DNA of 63,294 bases, the filler included, from Octopus bimaculoides (lineage: Eukaryota), in the NCBI RefSeq assembly GCF_001194135.2. It is 5 parts of 5 records of this genome, joined end to end, with 100 filler letters (N's around TTAATTAATTAA, not from the genome) between each part and the next. Parts side by side here need not be neighbours in the genome. Positions count along the whole stretch, not along the records: positions 1 to 11,462 come from NC_069000.1; positions 11,563 to 34,287 come from NC_068981.1; 3 more parts are not named here. One strand, 5' to 3'. The notes beneath the pieces are model-generated. The model had not been told where the DNA came from. It was given only the letters and a program-made list of their open reading frames with translations, and made no database searches. Positions 1-12,176 of the stretch are shown one piece after another. The translations under genes and the position numbers were made by a program. Numbering within the stretch: the stretch's first letter is position 1; every line of letters starts with the position of its first letter.

Positions 1-29
1 TACAAATGCAAAACAAAAGTCAAACATAA

Positions 30-125
<96 letters not shown>
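30..125. repeat. (TAA)n microsatellite directly upstream of a LINE fragment
   Basis: Uninterrupted ATA/TAA triplets; LINE reverse transcriptase sequence begins a few bases later. Confidence 0.97.
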
Positions 126-126
<1 letters not shown>

Positions 127-129
127 TAT

Positions 130-1715
130 GGAATAACATGAAATTCTGGAGAACAGAATTGAGAGCATGGAAGCAAGTATTAGGAGAGGTGAAATAAAGA
201 GAGGAATCTTCCAGGGGGACAGGGTTTCCCCACTGATATTTGTGCTGGTAATGATCGTCTTGAGTGAAATACGACAGAGAACGAAGTTGGGATATGATCT
301 GGGAAGAGGAACGGGAAAACTGAACCACTTGCTATTCATGGATGACCTGAAGCTATTCACAAAATCTGAGATAGAACTGGACAGCCTATTCCAGTCTGTG
401 AGAATTTTTTCTCCAATGATATTAAGATGGAGTTGGGATTCTCAAAATGTGCTACGATGGTGCTGAGTCGAGGAAAGCTTGCCAGGACAGAAGGCATATG
501 GTTGCCAAATGGTGAAATTATGAAGGCAATTCAACATTAATCCAGCTATTAATACCTGGGAATATCTGGGAATATCTGGGAATGCCTGAGACAGATGGAA
601 TCAAACACCACATCATGTAGGAAAAGTCGCACGCAGTCGCAACAGTCCGGTAAGGCGCTAGAATACTGGAGTGGACAGAGGAGGAGCTAAAGGAGATGGA
701 CAGGAAGACAAAAAGTCTCCTAACGATGCATAGAGACCATCATCCACGTACAGACACTGATTGCCTATACATGAAGAGAGCAAATGGAGGAAGGAGACTG
801 ATAGGTGTTGGAAACTGCTTGCGTATCGAACTCGAGAGCTTAATGAGATACCAAACCCAAAGTAAAGAAACCTTGCTAGTAACAGTTAGGAACGATGGAG
901 TGTTGAGAGCAGAGGGGTAAAAAGAGTAAACAAAGAAAGAAGAAAAAAAAGGTCATGAAGAAGAACTATGCAAGAAGGGACTACACAATCAATTCAATGT
1001 AGTCACAACAGAAGTTGCTGGAAAAAATAGGTGGGATTGTCTGATGAAAGAACCCTAAAAAAGAGACCAAGAGCACTATACTTTGGCTTCGAACTGGAGG
1101 GTTAACCTTATGAAATAGCAAGTATCTCCGCTATGCCGCATCTATAATAGAGTGGATGAAACCATTGCCCATATCACGAAAGAATGCACTAGACATGCCC
1201 CAAACCACTACACGTTGTGGCAAAACGACCAGGTAGGGAAAATGCTACATTGGAAACTGTGTAAAAGGTAGGGGCTAGAGAGAGGATGGACGTGGTACGA
1301 GCACAAACCGCACAGAGCGGCGGAATCGGAGACTAGCAAGATCCTCTGGATTTCCCAATCACAACAGATCAGGTGCTAGAGCATAACAGACCGGAGCTAG
1401 TGATGGTGGACAAGGTGCAACACTCTTAAGTACGAAGTAGCCCGGATATGGAAAATGTAGAAGGTGAAAACAGTGCCAATTATTGTTGGGTCCTTGGGAA
1501 CAGTATTAGAAGGCATCAACACGAATATAAAGGAAACGAGAATAGAGTTCCCAGTAGAACTGTTACAAAAGATTTGCCTCCTTTGCACAGCCTGAGTAAT
1601 CAGGAAAGTATCAAATAACTCGAAAGAGCGAATTGCATGGTAACCTAGGCAGCAGGTAGTAAGCTCACTACGCATGCAAGACTCCAGGAGCTCCAACAAA
1701 ACCTGTGATAAAGAG
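130..1715 (+). mobile_element. 5'-truncated, frameshifted non-LTR retrotransposon of R4/Dong type (RT, zinc knuckle, restriction-like endonuclease)
   Basis: RT motifs GIFQGDRVSPLIF (QGD at 212-220) and LLFMDDLKLF (MDD 338-346). Post-RT MDRKTKSLLTMH..HPRTDTDCLY...GGRRL (696-800). Degenerate CCHC CRIYNRVDETIAHITKEC (~1135-1190). REL-region NRPELVMVDK and KVKTVPIIVGSLG (~1385-1500). Multiple stops and frameshifts. Confidence 0.9.
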
Positions 1716-2089
1716 AAAAAAAAATCTTTTTTGCTATAGGTACAAGATTTGAAATTCAGGAGAGGGTTCTAGTTGATATTATCGCCCCCAGTGTGTNNNN
1801 NNNNNNNNNNNNNNNNNNNNNNNNNNNNNNNNNNNNNNNNNNNNNNNNNNNNNNNNNNNNNNNNNNNNNNNNNNNNNNNNNNNNNNNNNNNNNNNNNNNN
1901 NNNNNNNNNNNNNNNNNNNNNNNNNNNNNNNNNNNNNNNNNNNNNNNNNNNNNNNNNNNNNNNNNNNNNNNNNNNNNNNNNNNNNNTTAAACCTTGGGAG
2001 AGGCATTATGCCGGTAATAAACACACGCACTGGTCCAGTCCTTTATTAATTTATATATAAATTAATAAAGGACGTATATATATATACGA

Positions 2090-2218
2090 GAGGCTCCTTT
2101 CAGTTTCCATCTACCAAACCCATTTAGAAAGCTTTAATCGACCCAAGGCTATACTTGACACCTACGCAAGGTGCCACTCAGTGGGAGTGAATCCGGAAAC
2201 ATGTAGTTGGGAAGCCAC

Positions 2219-2220
<2 letters not shown>
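2090..2220 (-). mobile_element. tRNA-derived SINE fragment (family A, CORE-like)
   Basis: TTTCAGTTTCCATCTACCAAA...CAAGGTGCCACTCAGTGGGA matches the longer copies at 15600-15991 and 35195-35455. Confidence 0.75.
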
Positions 2221-2271
<51 letters not shown>

Positions 2272-2682
2272 ATGCGCATTTTATAATAAGTCATTGAAAG
2301 GAGAGCCAATGAGACAGTACTGGCGTTGTTTACGAGCTTCCTCAACTGGTGTGATTGATGCAGCAATATATCGATATATGAATTCATACATCAGTTATAA
2401 ATCATACTTGGAAACCATACATACTACCGTAATAACTCAGTTAATCAAACCATACTAGTAAGGAATACTTTACACTAAGTCTCGTGAAATTGTATCTTAA
2501 AACTTAGCCAATTTGTATTCATGGGTAGCAATAAATCTACTAAATGCTCGGCTTATGTTGCTAACATGCCAGAGGCCATCATCACGTTACGTGTTATAAT
2601 AATAATTTTTCATTTGTGTGGAGACCATCAGTACTTTTATAATCTATTATTCATGCCCTTTGCCTTCTCTTTATATTTGTAG

Positions 2683-2799
2683 TTTTCTTGTCACTCCAAG
2701 GATGGTGATGTTTATCATGTCTATTGCCTCAATTACATGAATGCTATGAACTATCTAGAGCAGCTTCGGAAACACGAAGAATTCTGTGAATTTGAAAAG
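2683..2799 (+). CDS. PLEKHG7: Internal exon of a PLEKHG7-like RhoGEF (DH domain): FSCHSKDGDVYHVYCLNYMNAMNYLEQLRKHEEFCEFEK
   Basis: Pyrimidine-rich acceptor ending TAG at 2680-2682; donor AAG|GTAAGA after 2799; 117 nt, phase 0/0. YCLNY...YLEQLR matches the DH segment I recall preceding WCEQ in PLEKHG7. Joins in frame to 9117. An alternative acceptor at 2700/2701 is possible. Confidence 0.85.
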
Positions 2800-2939
2800 G
2801 TAAGAATTTCGCATATATGCATGGACACACACAGACACAGACACACACACAGACACACACACACAGACACACACACACACATACACACACACACACACTC
2901 ACAAACATACACATACACACACATACGCACACCCACACA

Positions 2940-4110
2940 CGTATGAAATCATTAGAGGCTCTCATGAAATGTGGCCAAATGAAGTTTATTTTTTCAACTA
3001 TAGTCACCCTTGCGAGTTACACACTTTTCACGTCTGTGTTGCGGTGCTTTGATCCCATCGGTGAAGTGCTTTCATCCTGTTGGCAAAAAAATAATCATCA
3101 ACAGCAGAGATATCATCATCATCGCAGTGATATAGGTCTCCAGTCAAGTGTCTTTTCATATTAGTTAACAAATGATAGTTAGAAGCGGCCAAATCAGAAT
3201 AGAGAGGGTGATCAATCAGTTCAAAGCTACAATTGCACACAGCAGCTTTTGATACCAAGAATTTTGTACTGGTCTTCATAGACTTTAGTAACTGCCTCTA
3301 GTAGTTGACATAGTACTCTCCATTTATGGTGTGGCTCTTTTGAAGATAGTCAATAAATACTATGATTTTGCATTCTAAAAATCTGAGGCCATCTTTATAT
3401 CTGTAGATGAAACCACCTTAGCCTACTTCGGCAGAGGTGAGGAGGGGGTTGTTTCTGTTGCATGGATTGTCTCTTTGTCTCAAAGTGATGAACCTAACAC
3501 ATACCCAGGGTTAGGAAACGTTCAAGGAACCCAAGTGTACCTGTCAGATTTTGACGTGGTGTGAGCAGCCTTGTGCACTTTTGATCAGATGCTAGAAGAC
3601 GAGCAGAAACCTTTGTCACGCCATGTTCATCGTCCATAAAAGGTTCAACGTTTTCGCAGAATATGCTAATAGTTATTTGATTTGCTATATGATGTTATAG
3701 TCACTCGCCTGTCATGCATCACCTTGTGGTGAACACGATTCAATGTTTTCCTCGGTGATGGTAATTTCAAAACAACTAAACGTTGGTCATCTTCAAAACT
3801 CTCCCACACCCCTCCAAAATTCAGATGCCCACTTTTGAACTGTTGATAAAGCTGGAGTGTCATCTCCTAATGTAGCAATCAAGTCAGTACAAGTGTCCTG
3901 CTGGTACTTGATAACACCACAGTGCCAAATTTTGTCCATTTTTGTCCACCACTAGTTACATTTGAAGTGTTCTTTGAACAGTTAGATATTAGTTTACCTG
4001 TAAAGAAATAATGCAGTTATAAATAAGAGAAGCTGAAATTAATACCTGGAAAATTTCACAGCTCTACCGTCACTCCATGATCAGCCTATGAATTTTTCAG
4101 CCCATTCTCG
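2940..4110 (-). mobile_element. Degraded near-full-length Tc1/mariner DNA transposon
   Basis: Terminal repeat TCAGCCTATGAATTTTTCAGCCCATTCTCG at 4081-4110 with a degenerate partner near 2940-2970. Minus-strand remnants MDKIWH.GVIKY (ATG at 3939), ALSTVQKWASEF, RVHHKVMHDRRVTI, HP.YSDLAASNYHL, and a KGDY-like terminus. Many stops and frameshifts. Confidence 0.88.
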
Positions 4111-4398
4111 GGTGTCAAAAAGTCTATTGCCTGAAAAGAGATACTGTTAATAAAGTGATAAGTTTTCACGTTAGTATCACGTAAATAAGCACCTAAGATT
4201 CACAATAATCATATCTATCTACACTGCGTTTCCTGTTTTCTTTTTCTCAGCATTTTATCGTTATAGGTTATCATCATTTTGAATTATCTATATGGCTTCT
4301 GACTGGATTCAAACTAAGACAATTTGTTTTTAAAGATAGTGATGATCTAGTGAACTAGGTTATGATTGCCTATACTCTTGTTATAACCACTAATCTAT

Positions 4399-5060
4399 AA
4401 GCGTAGCGAGTTGGCAGACTTGTTAGTACCCTGGACGAAATGCTTAGCATTTTGAGATCAAATTCCGCCGAGGTCGACCTCACCTTTCATCCTTTCGGGG
4501 TCGATAAATTGAGTACTAGTTGAGTACTGTGGTCGATGTAATTGACCATCGTCCTCCCAAAAATTTCAGACCTTGTGCCTATAATAGAAAGGATTAACAC
4601 TAATCTATATTAAGACGGTGAGTTGACAGAATTATTAGCGCGCCGGGCAAAATGCTAGCGGTATTTCATCCGCCTTTACATACTAAGTCCAAATTCCGCT
4701 GAAGTCGACTTTGCCTTTCGTACTTTCGGGGTTGATAAAATAAGTACCAATTGAGCACTGGGGTCGGTGTAATCGACTTGCACCCCCCTAAATTGCTGGC
4801 CTTGTAACAAAATTTGAAATCATTATGACTAATCTTTATCAAGGCGATAAGCTAGCTGAAACGTTTGCATGCCATGCAAGACATTAATGTCTTTTCGTCC
4901 GTCTTAACATTCTGATTTCAAATTTCGCCCAGGTTGAATTTGACGTTCTTCCTTCGGGATCGACAAAATAAGTTAAAGTCAAGTTACTGAGATCAATGTA
5001 ATCGACTTCCCCCATCCTTTCAAAAACTACTATGTTGTGCCAAAATTTGGAGCCATTATG
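4399..5060 (+). mobile_element. Three head-to-tail decayed copies of SINE family B (Meta-domain-like central block)
   Basis: Units at ~4399-4598, ~4612-4826 and ~4843-5060 share GCGAGCTGGCAGAA...TTCAAATTCCGCCGAGGTCGAC..GCCTTTCATCCTTTCGGGGTCGATAAA..AAGTAC. The domain name is from memory and needs an alignment. Confidence 0.85.
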
Positions 5061-5745
5061 ACACATTTATATTTAATTGCTTATTTTACTGACATATATA
5101 TTTCATACTCGTAATATACTGTCACGCTGGAAGGCAGTGAAGATTGTTCATGAGTAGAAGGTGTGACATGTTGAATGTTTCTTGATGGGCCTTTTAGACT
5201 TTCTAGACAAACATATGCTTATTAATTTTTGCAAATCTCTAATCATTAAATTAGTGAGTTCTGCTAATGTGAGTTGCAGACGTTGGATGACACTAGAGAA
5301 CAAAACGTGATCAACGGAAAAATAAATAAATAAATAAAAGGCAAGTATTTACTAAGTACTAGCAGAATAATTTTCTACAGTCAAAGATCATGTTCATTCG
5401 CAGACCTCCTACCACCACCACCACCATTACGACCCATGTCTTGTTCAATTAAAGTGGTATTAATGTCGACAACTTTTAGTATGACGCCAGCAGTGGAAAT
5501 ATTGAAGAGCGATCATTTTGACGGCCGCATATAGTACCATGTCAAAACTTATTAATTGAATAAAATGGGATCGTACACAGAATACTAATTCAGAAGGCCA
5601 TTGACTGTTAGAGTAGCAGGAAGGGATATACATACAGAAAAAGACAGGCGAGTGATGTAGTAGTAATAGTAATAGCATGGTAAACATTTTGTGGCCACTA
5701 TGAATCATTAGAATATCTTTGGCTTTTACTGAAATTACTTGAGGG

Positions 5746-5975
5746 CAGTGCTTCTCAACTGGGATCCATACAAGACTTTTTGTTAAAATTTAAGTGCAAT
5801 AAACTGATTACACTGCTACAATACTCAAAATATTTCAACTATTTTTTATGCAATTCCTAATATTTAATTATAAAAACAGCAAAGCAGTAAGATTATTTTT
5901 TACATTCATCGAATAACTATGGACGTTCCGTAGTGTAAAATATGATTCGAACGGTCCATGGACAACAAATGTCTC
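5746..5975. mobile_element. Possible hAT-type MITE remnant
   Basis: Starts CAGTGCTTCTCAAC, a typical hAT/Charlie-like terminus; only a degenerate opposite end near 5950-5975. Confidence 0.35.
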
Positions 5976-6184
5976 ACCACTACTAGACTAGGATATATGT
6001 ATGTAGCCGTAGCAACATTAGAAATATGTAAGTCGTGGATGAGTTTTGTTGAATAACGGAAACTGATTTTGTAAAGTATTTTCTGGTATTTATGTAAAGG
6101 CTAGTTTGTTATTTTTATGGATGGACACACACACAAACACACACACACGTACGCGCACACATACACACGCACAAACATGCCGAG

Positions 6185-6222
<38 letters not shown>

Positions 6223-7859
6223 ACACACAAACATACGCACACGTATGCACACACGTGCGCATATTCAGGCGTGCGCAAACACGCACACACATACACACCT
6301 ATGTATTTATAAATGGAGTTACCTCGAGAGAGAAAGAAACAGGGACAGAAAGAGGCAGTGAAGAATACTGAAAACCTGAATTTAAAGCTTAATTCTTTTA
6401 GTAACAAGTTTCTATTAAATTTTGGGGAGATGGAGGAGCAGGACATGTAATCCTTTCTATTATNNNNNNNNNNNNNNNNNNNNNNNNNNNNNNNNNNNNN
6501 NNNNNNNNNNNNNNNNNNNNNNNNNNNNNNNNNNNNNNNNNNNNNNNNNNNNNNNNNNNNNNNNNNNNNNNNNNNNNNNNNNNNNNNNNNNNNNNNNNNN
6601 NNNNNNNNNNNNNNNNNNNNNNNNNNNNNNNNNNNNNNNNNNNNNNNNNNNNNNNNNNNNNNNNNNNNNNNNNNNNNNNNNNNNNNNNNNNNNNNNNNNN
6701 NNNNNNNNNNNNNNNNNNNNNNNNNNNNNNNNNNNNNNNNNNNNNNNNNNNNNNNNNNNNNNNNNNNNNNNNNNNNNNNNNNNNNNNNNNNNNNNNNNNN
6801 NNNNNNNNNNNNNNNNNNNNNNNNNNNNNNNNNNNNNNNNNNNNNNNNNNNNNNNNNNNNNNNNNNNNNNNNNNNNNNNNNNNNNNNNNNNNNNNNNNNN
6901 NNNNNNNNNNNNNNNNNNNNNNNNNNNNNNNNNNNNNNNNNNNNNNNNNNNNNNNNNNNNNNNNNNNNNNNNNNNNNNNNNNNNNNNNNNNNNNNNNNNN
7001 NNNNNNNNNNNNNNNNNNNNNNNNNNNNNNNNNNNNNNNNNNNNNNNNNNNNNNNNNNNNNNNNNNNNNNNNNNNNNNNNNNNNNNNNNNNNNNNNNNNN
7101 NNNNNNNNNNNNNNNNNNNNNNNNNNNNNNNNNNNNNNNNNNNNNNNNNNNNNNNNNNNNNNNNNNNNNNNNNNNNNNNNNNNNNNNNNNNNNNNNNNNN
7201 NNNNNNNNNNNNNNNNNNNNNNNNNNNNNNNNNNNNNNNNNNNNNNNNNNNNNNNNNNNTATATATACGCTGTTATACTTATTATGTATATACATACACA
7301 CACACTCACATACATAGATGCATAAACATAGGTAGACAGACTGAAAAAAGAATCATGCATTATGTATATATATATATTATATATATATATATATTAATGT
7401 AGACACACGCACACACAAGCACACACATACCTACACATATAAATATATATAATTATACGGAAAATATGATGAATGGTAGAAGCTGTGTCCACACCAGCAA
7501 CCTTCCAAAGCAATTACATGAAAGCATTTAAATAACACTTCAATATCTACATAGTTACATAGTTGCAAAGAACATACGAATTAAACACAAAAAAGCTTCA
7601 CGTGTGTAGTGCCATTAGATTGAAAGTAAAACACATTTAATGTCCAAAATCGTCCATGTGATTTTGACATCCAAAATAGACTATATAGAAGGATTTACCA
7701 TACTCTAACTTTGTATTATTCTTAAGAGGAACAAAGCAAATTCCCTCTCTCACCTTTCATGCAAATGAATCGACACATCCATATATGAAGATGCAACTAA
7801 CCTCAAAATTAGAAATACTACGAGTTTAGAACCAGCCAGTGTCTGTGCTATCATTTCGA

Positions 7860-8930
7860 ATTGGTTTTACGCTTCTTCCCTCCTCAACAAAGCACCCAGT
7901 GGATAAATTTTAGACGAAGTCGTCGGTTTTTATCTATCCTTCTCTAAATGCCTCGTCCTATCATTTCGGTCACACTGCTCACACAGATTCCCATAACTCT
8001 CTGTCACTACCATACCCAGGATTCCTGAGAGTGTCATGGGGACACAACCCTCAGGTTTGAATCATAGTGTCTGATTCATTAGCTGATTACATCACCATTG
8101 TCGTCACCCCTATGGATGTGTTGCAGTTATTCTCTTGATAGAACCTGGTGATGCTGACCGTTGAGCTTCTAAGATTCCACCGCTCAGCAACAATGTAAGA
8201 AGTACCGTTGATTCTTGAGCTCTTCCGCTGCATCTTCACAATCTGCTATACTGCATTCCCATGACTTTGTGGCATCCCTGTATTAAGGAAAAAGACTACA
8301 TTGTTTGGCACTTCAGTGAAGACCTGTGAAGAAATTGATGTACTTTGCCCATGCGTTACTAGATCCTTGATGCCGTTACAAAAATACGCCCATACCCTAG
8401 GATTTAGAAAGGATTTGATAGCAATATTTAAGGAATAGGTTTTAAACATAAATATCAGTAGAGACTTAACGATAAATCAACTGCCTAGATACCTCATTGA
8501 ATTGAAGCATAAATAAACACCATCCTTATAGAAAGCCTTCTGTTGCTTGCAGCAGAGTGGAATGAAGATGAAAGAGACAAATTGATATCGTCTACTCTTC
8601 AGCGTGGATATTACCACTGATATCCTCATGAGTTTTATTTCAGTACTAGTAACCAAAACACAAATGCAACTAAATTTTCGATATACACAGTGTTAAAGGT
8701 AGCTATTCCTGCGTGGACAGTGTTACTTCTCAAGTGACACACACCAACGGAAACAAGAATCAACCTCACACCTGATGCCCAAATCCTCTAACTTCTTACT
8801 GATGTTATGCTGTCTTCCTAAAGGAGTGAAATATTGAGCATCTGTTTAACAATCTTGGTCGTTACAAGCGGTCAAATCAAACATTCATTATTCATTGTAT
8901 GGTTGCTCGCACGTCATATTTCGTGCGTGC
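7860..8930 (-). mobile_element. Highly decayed RTE-clade LINE reverse transcriptase fragment
   Basis: Minus-strand remnants in correct order: FN.VYIENL, a decayed YADD region (~8600-8630), RYLGS (~8490-8510), YIVAERWNL (like LYGAETW). Heavily frameshifted. Confidence 0.55.
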
Positions 8931-9116
8931 AACTCCGTGTAACAATGGAATGGATACGTACCTAACTGATCATCAAAAAATATATACTTCACTCTGTGGA
9001 TTGACTAATTTAAAGTTTTCTACGTAAGTTTACAGAACACACACACGTGAGCCGACATTCATATACACATATATACACGCACATACACACTCACTTATAT
9101 ATATTTTCCAATGCAG

Positions 9117-9291
9117 TGGTGTGAACAAGACGCTCGCTGTAACAGACTACAGGTACCTGATCTGCTAGTCGCTCCCATTCAGCACTGTACCAAACTACCT
9201 CTCATGCTCAGCAATGTTCGCGCCTACACAGAAGAAGAAGAAGAACGGCAACAAATCACAGATTCCATAGAGAAGGTGGAAAGTTCGCTTT
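9117..9291 (+). CDS. PLEKHG7: Internal exon of a PLEKHG7-like RhoGEF (DH domain CR3): WCEQDARCNRLQVPDLLVAPIQHCTKLPLMLSNVRAYTEEEEERQQITDSIEKVESSL
   Basis: Acceptor TTTTCCAATGCAG ends 9116; donor T|GTAAGT after 9291; 175 nt, phase 0/1. Closely parallels my recollection of PLEKHG7 WCEQNEQCRRLHVPELLVAPLQRLTRYPLLLKNI...EKVEKS. DH-domain identity is firmer than exact orthology. Confidence 0.9.
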
Positions 9292-9505
9292 GTAAGTATA
9301 CCTGCTTTAAATTGTGATTTTCTCACCTTTTTTGTTTGTATGAGAATAATGCATCTGTAGATCACTATTGTGCCGTTGAGTTAGTAGACATGATCTCGTT
9401 GCAGCTGAACGTCTAGTCAACTTTGATCGAGACAACCTATTATGAAAGTCGTTCCAACCGCAGCAACTGCTATTTTATTATCTCGCACACACGCAGAAAC
9501 ACACA

Positions 9506-9507
<2 letters not shown>

Positions 9508-9597
<90 letters not shown>

Positions 9598-9636
9598 ATC
9601 TCTTTCTCTCTCTCTTTCTCTCTCTCTTTCTTTCTT

Positions 9637-9670
<34 letters not shown>
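9508..9670. repeat. (TC)n microsatellite
   Basis: Direct reading. Confidence 0.97.
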
Positions 9671-9673
<3 letters not shown>

Positions 9674-10954
9674 CATTATCTTAGAAACCCTTATTGTCAT
9701 AAGCGCAGCACCAGGCTCATGAATTTTTTTACACACAAACCAGGCCACAGGTATAGAATCATGTTATGATCACCGGGGTTAAATAGCTCATTGATATTCA
9801 TACTGACTCCAACCGAATAATTAGCTTTGTTTAGTCATTTCAACGCTTGTCATCTGCGTCTACCGTGCTGGACAAGTAACTAATAAGAATCAGTGAAAGT
9901 CTCTTGAATAGCGTGGCTCTAATGTCCCACCATGCTCTGTATTGTAATATTCTCTGTATATAGGTATTTATATGCGGGTTCGTTATAGGACTCTGCACAT
10001 ACAAATTATTATCTAAATCTACAAATTTCTGGGAGTGATTTCCCTCCCTCAAACTCTACACACCATCTTCCATGTAGTTTTATCTTTTCGGAGCTGATCA
10101 TTTCCATATAAAACATGTTTTCCCAGATAAACACGCACTTGATTTAAAAGGCTCTGCGGTTGCTATAAGGTGATATACAAGCACTCAGCTCTAACTTCAC
10201 TGCATTTTATGCCCGAGACAGCAGTAACGTAATAAGCTGAGTACTCAATTCCTGTTCCCTTGTCGCTTCTATAGCTTTTACATGTGTGTCTGTGTGCTTG
10301 TATGTATATGCATATATGTAAGTGTGAGCGTAAAGACGTGTGGCTCAGTGGTTAGGCCTAGTGATTGGGTATTCCATTTCTGATGCATCAAGTTCTTCTG
10401 CAAAACACTTCATTTCACGTTTCTCTGCGATCTCTCCGGGGCATGCCGTGCATGCGTACAGGCAATCTCAATTTGAAGAAGGGAATCAGTTAATGTACGG
10501 CTCAAACAACAAAAGCAAAAAAGTCCAGAAACGTCATCTTTGGTGTACAACAGGAGAATCTACCACATATGTATATGTATATCTTTTATATTTTATCTTT
10601 TACTTGTTTCGGTCATTCGACTAGGACGGTGCTGGAGCAAAGTCTTTAAGGGTTTAGTCGAACGAATCGACAGAGCTACTTGTTTTTTAAAGCATGGTAT
10701 TTATTCAATGGGTCTCTTTCTCAAACCGCTAACTTAACAGAGCGCTAAAATATACTTGCCCATCGACAAATGCTAAATTAGGGACTTCATGACACTGAAC
10801 CGATCGCCTTAGCCATTGGTGTGTACAGCGTACACACTCGTGTGTGTGTATGCATGTGTGTGTGTGTGTACGTATGTATGTGTGTGTTTGTATGCATGTA
10901 TGTAGACAGACCGACAGACAAATAAGCAGACACACAGATAGACAGAGAGACAGG

Positions 10955-10961
10955 CAGATAA

Positions 10962-11028
<67 letters not shown>
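10955..11028. repeat. (GATA)n microsatellite
   Basis: Direct reading. Confidence 0.97.
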
Positions 11029-11462
11029 TAATCTTATACACACATGCAAGGACTCATATGTAAGAACTCACACGCAGATATATACAAATTCGTGTATGTG
11101 TTTACGTAAAGAGACATAAAAAGAAAAGGAGTGAGAGAATGAAAGAGTGAGAAAAGGGAAAATAGCACTGTTTCAGGAAGTGAAAAAGGATGGATCGAAT
11201 AAATCATATAATGCCATTATTGACAGGAAATAAAGCTTCATATAATCCAGGTGAAAAAAAATTATGAAGATTTTCGTCGCCATATTCAAACGCTGTTAAA
11301 AGTTATACACATTATAGCTTAACATATTGCAGAATATCTGAACTGCAGGTTAGATATTAGCTGGATCTGAAGCAAAGATTCTCCGTTATAATTATATATT
11401 AGTTGTGTAGAAGGAACAGCTGAAGTCGAACTCAATACGTGAATGTGTAGGTATAAATCGGA

Positions 11463-11562
11463 NNNNNNNNNNNNNNNNNNNNNNNNNNNNNNNNNNNNNN
11501 NNNNNNTTAATTAATTAANNNNNNNNNNNNNNNNNNNNNNNNNNNNNNNNNNNNNNNNNNNN
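11463..11562. other. Artificial scaffold-join spacer (44 N + TTAATTAATTAA + 44 N)
   Basis: Exactly 100 nt; identical construct at 34288, 51102 and 60434. Confidence 0.95.
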
Positions 11563-12110
11563 ATATATATATATATATATATACATACATAAAATACACA
11601 TACGTGCGCACGCATTTATATATTTTATCAATAATTATGACGATAAAGAATATGGAGACTTGTACATACACAAAATTTACTTATTTCTATTTTTCATTTC
11701 ATACAGCCTTTTCTTATGGTTATGACGACCTACACGTGTTTCCACTGCACACAGTATTGGCAGTTGCACATGCAACCGAGCACAATACGCTGTATAGCTT
11801 TGTTCAGGGTCTTTCAACCGGCTGGACTAGCTATTATCATAATTATTGCTAATATACACTCCATATATTGTCTATCGTCATAATTATGGGCTATAAGCAC
11901 TCCATTTAATATTACCAGCCAGTGAAGCGAACACTGAATTACTCATCGGAGGAGTTTATAGCGCGGGTGATAACTGATGCTAGTCACAAACGTTAAATTC
12001 TAATCGATGCGGTTATCCGTAACCTGGGACATAACTGAGAACTACAAAGGTATCCGCCCGGATAATATATCACTCTAAACACAAACACACACACATTTAA
12101 GGAATATATG

Positions 12111-12176
<66 letters not shown>

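Noticed and set aside
20-328. Minus-strand poly-Leu ORF and the many similar poly-HT, CV, YI, LS, RE, M and T ORFs in the track
   Set aside because: They are translations of di- and trinucleotide microsatellites, with no domain content or splice support.
6090-7402. Long ORFs of 320-403 aa, and similar ones at 29246-29844, 32285-33294, 55555-56500 and 58465-59283
   Set aside because: Length comes from N runs translated as X.
9840-10052. 70-aa minus-strand ORF in non-repetitive sequence
   Set aside because: No recognisable motif; within chance length for AT-rich DNA.
11707-11852. Phase-compatible acceptor and open frame as a possible next RhoGEF exon
   Set aside because: Translation shows no resemblance to the expected DH-end/PH sequence, and it lies beyond a scaffold join.
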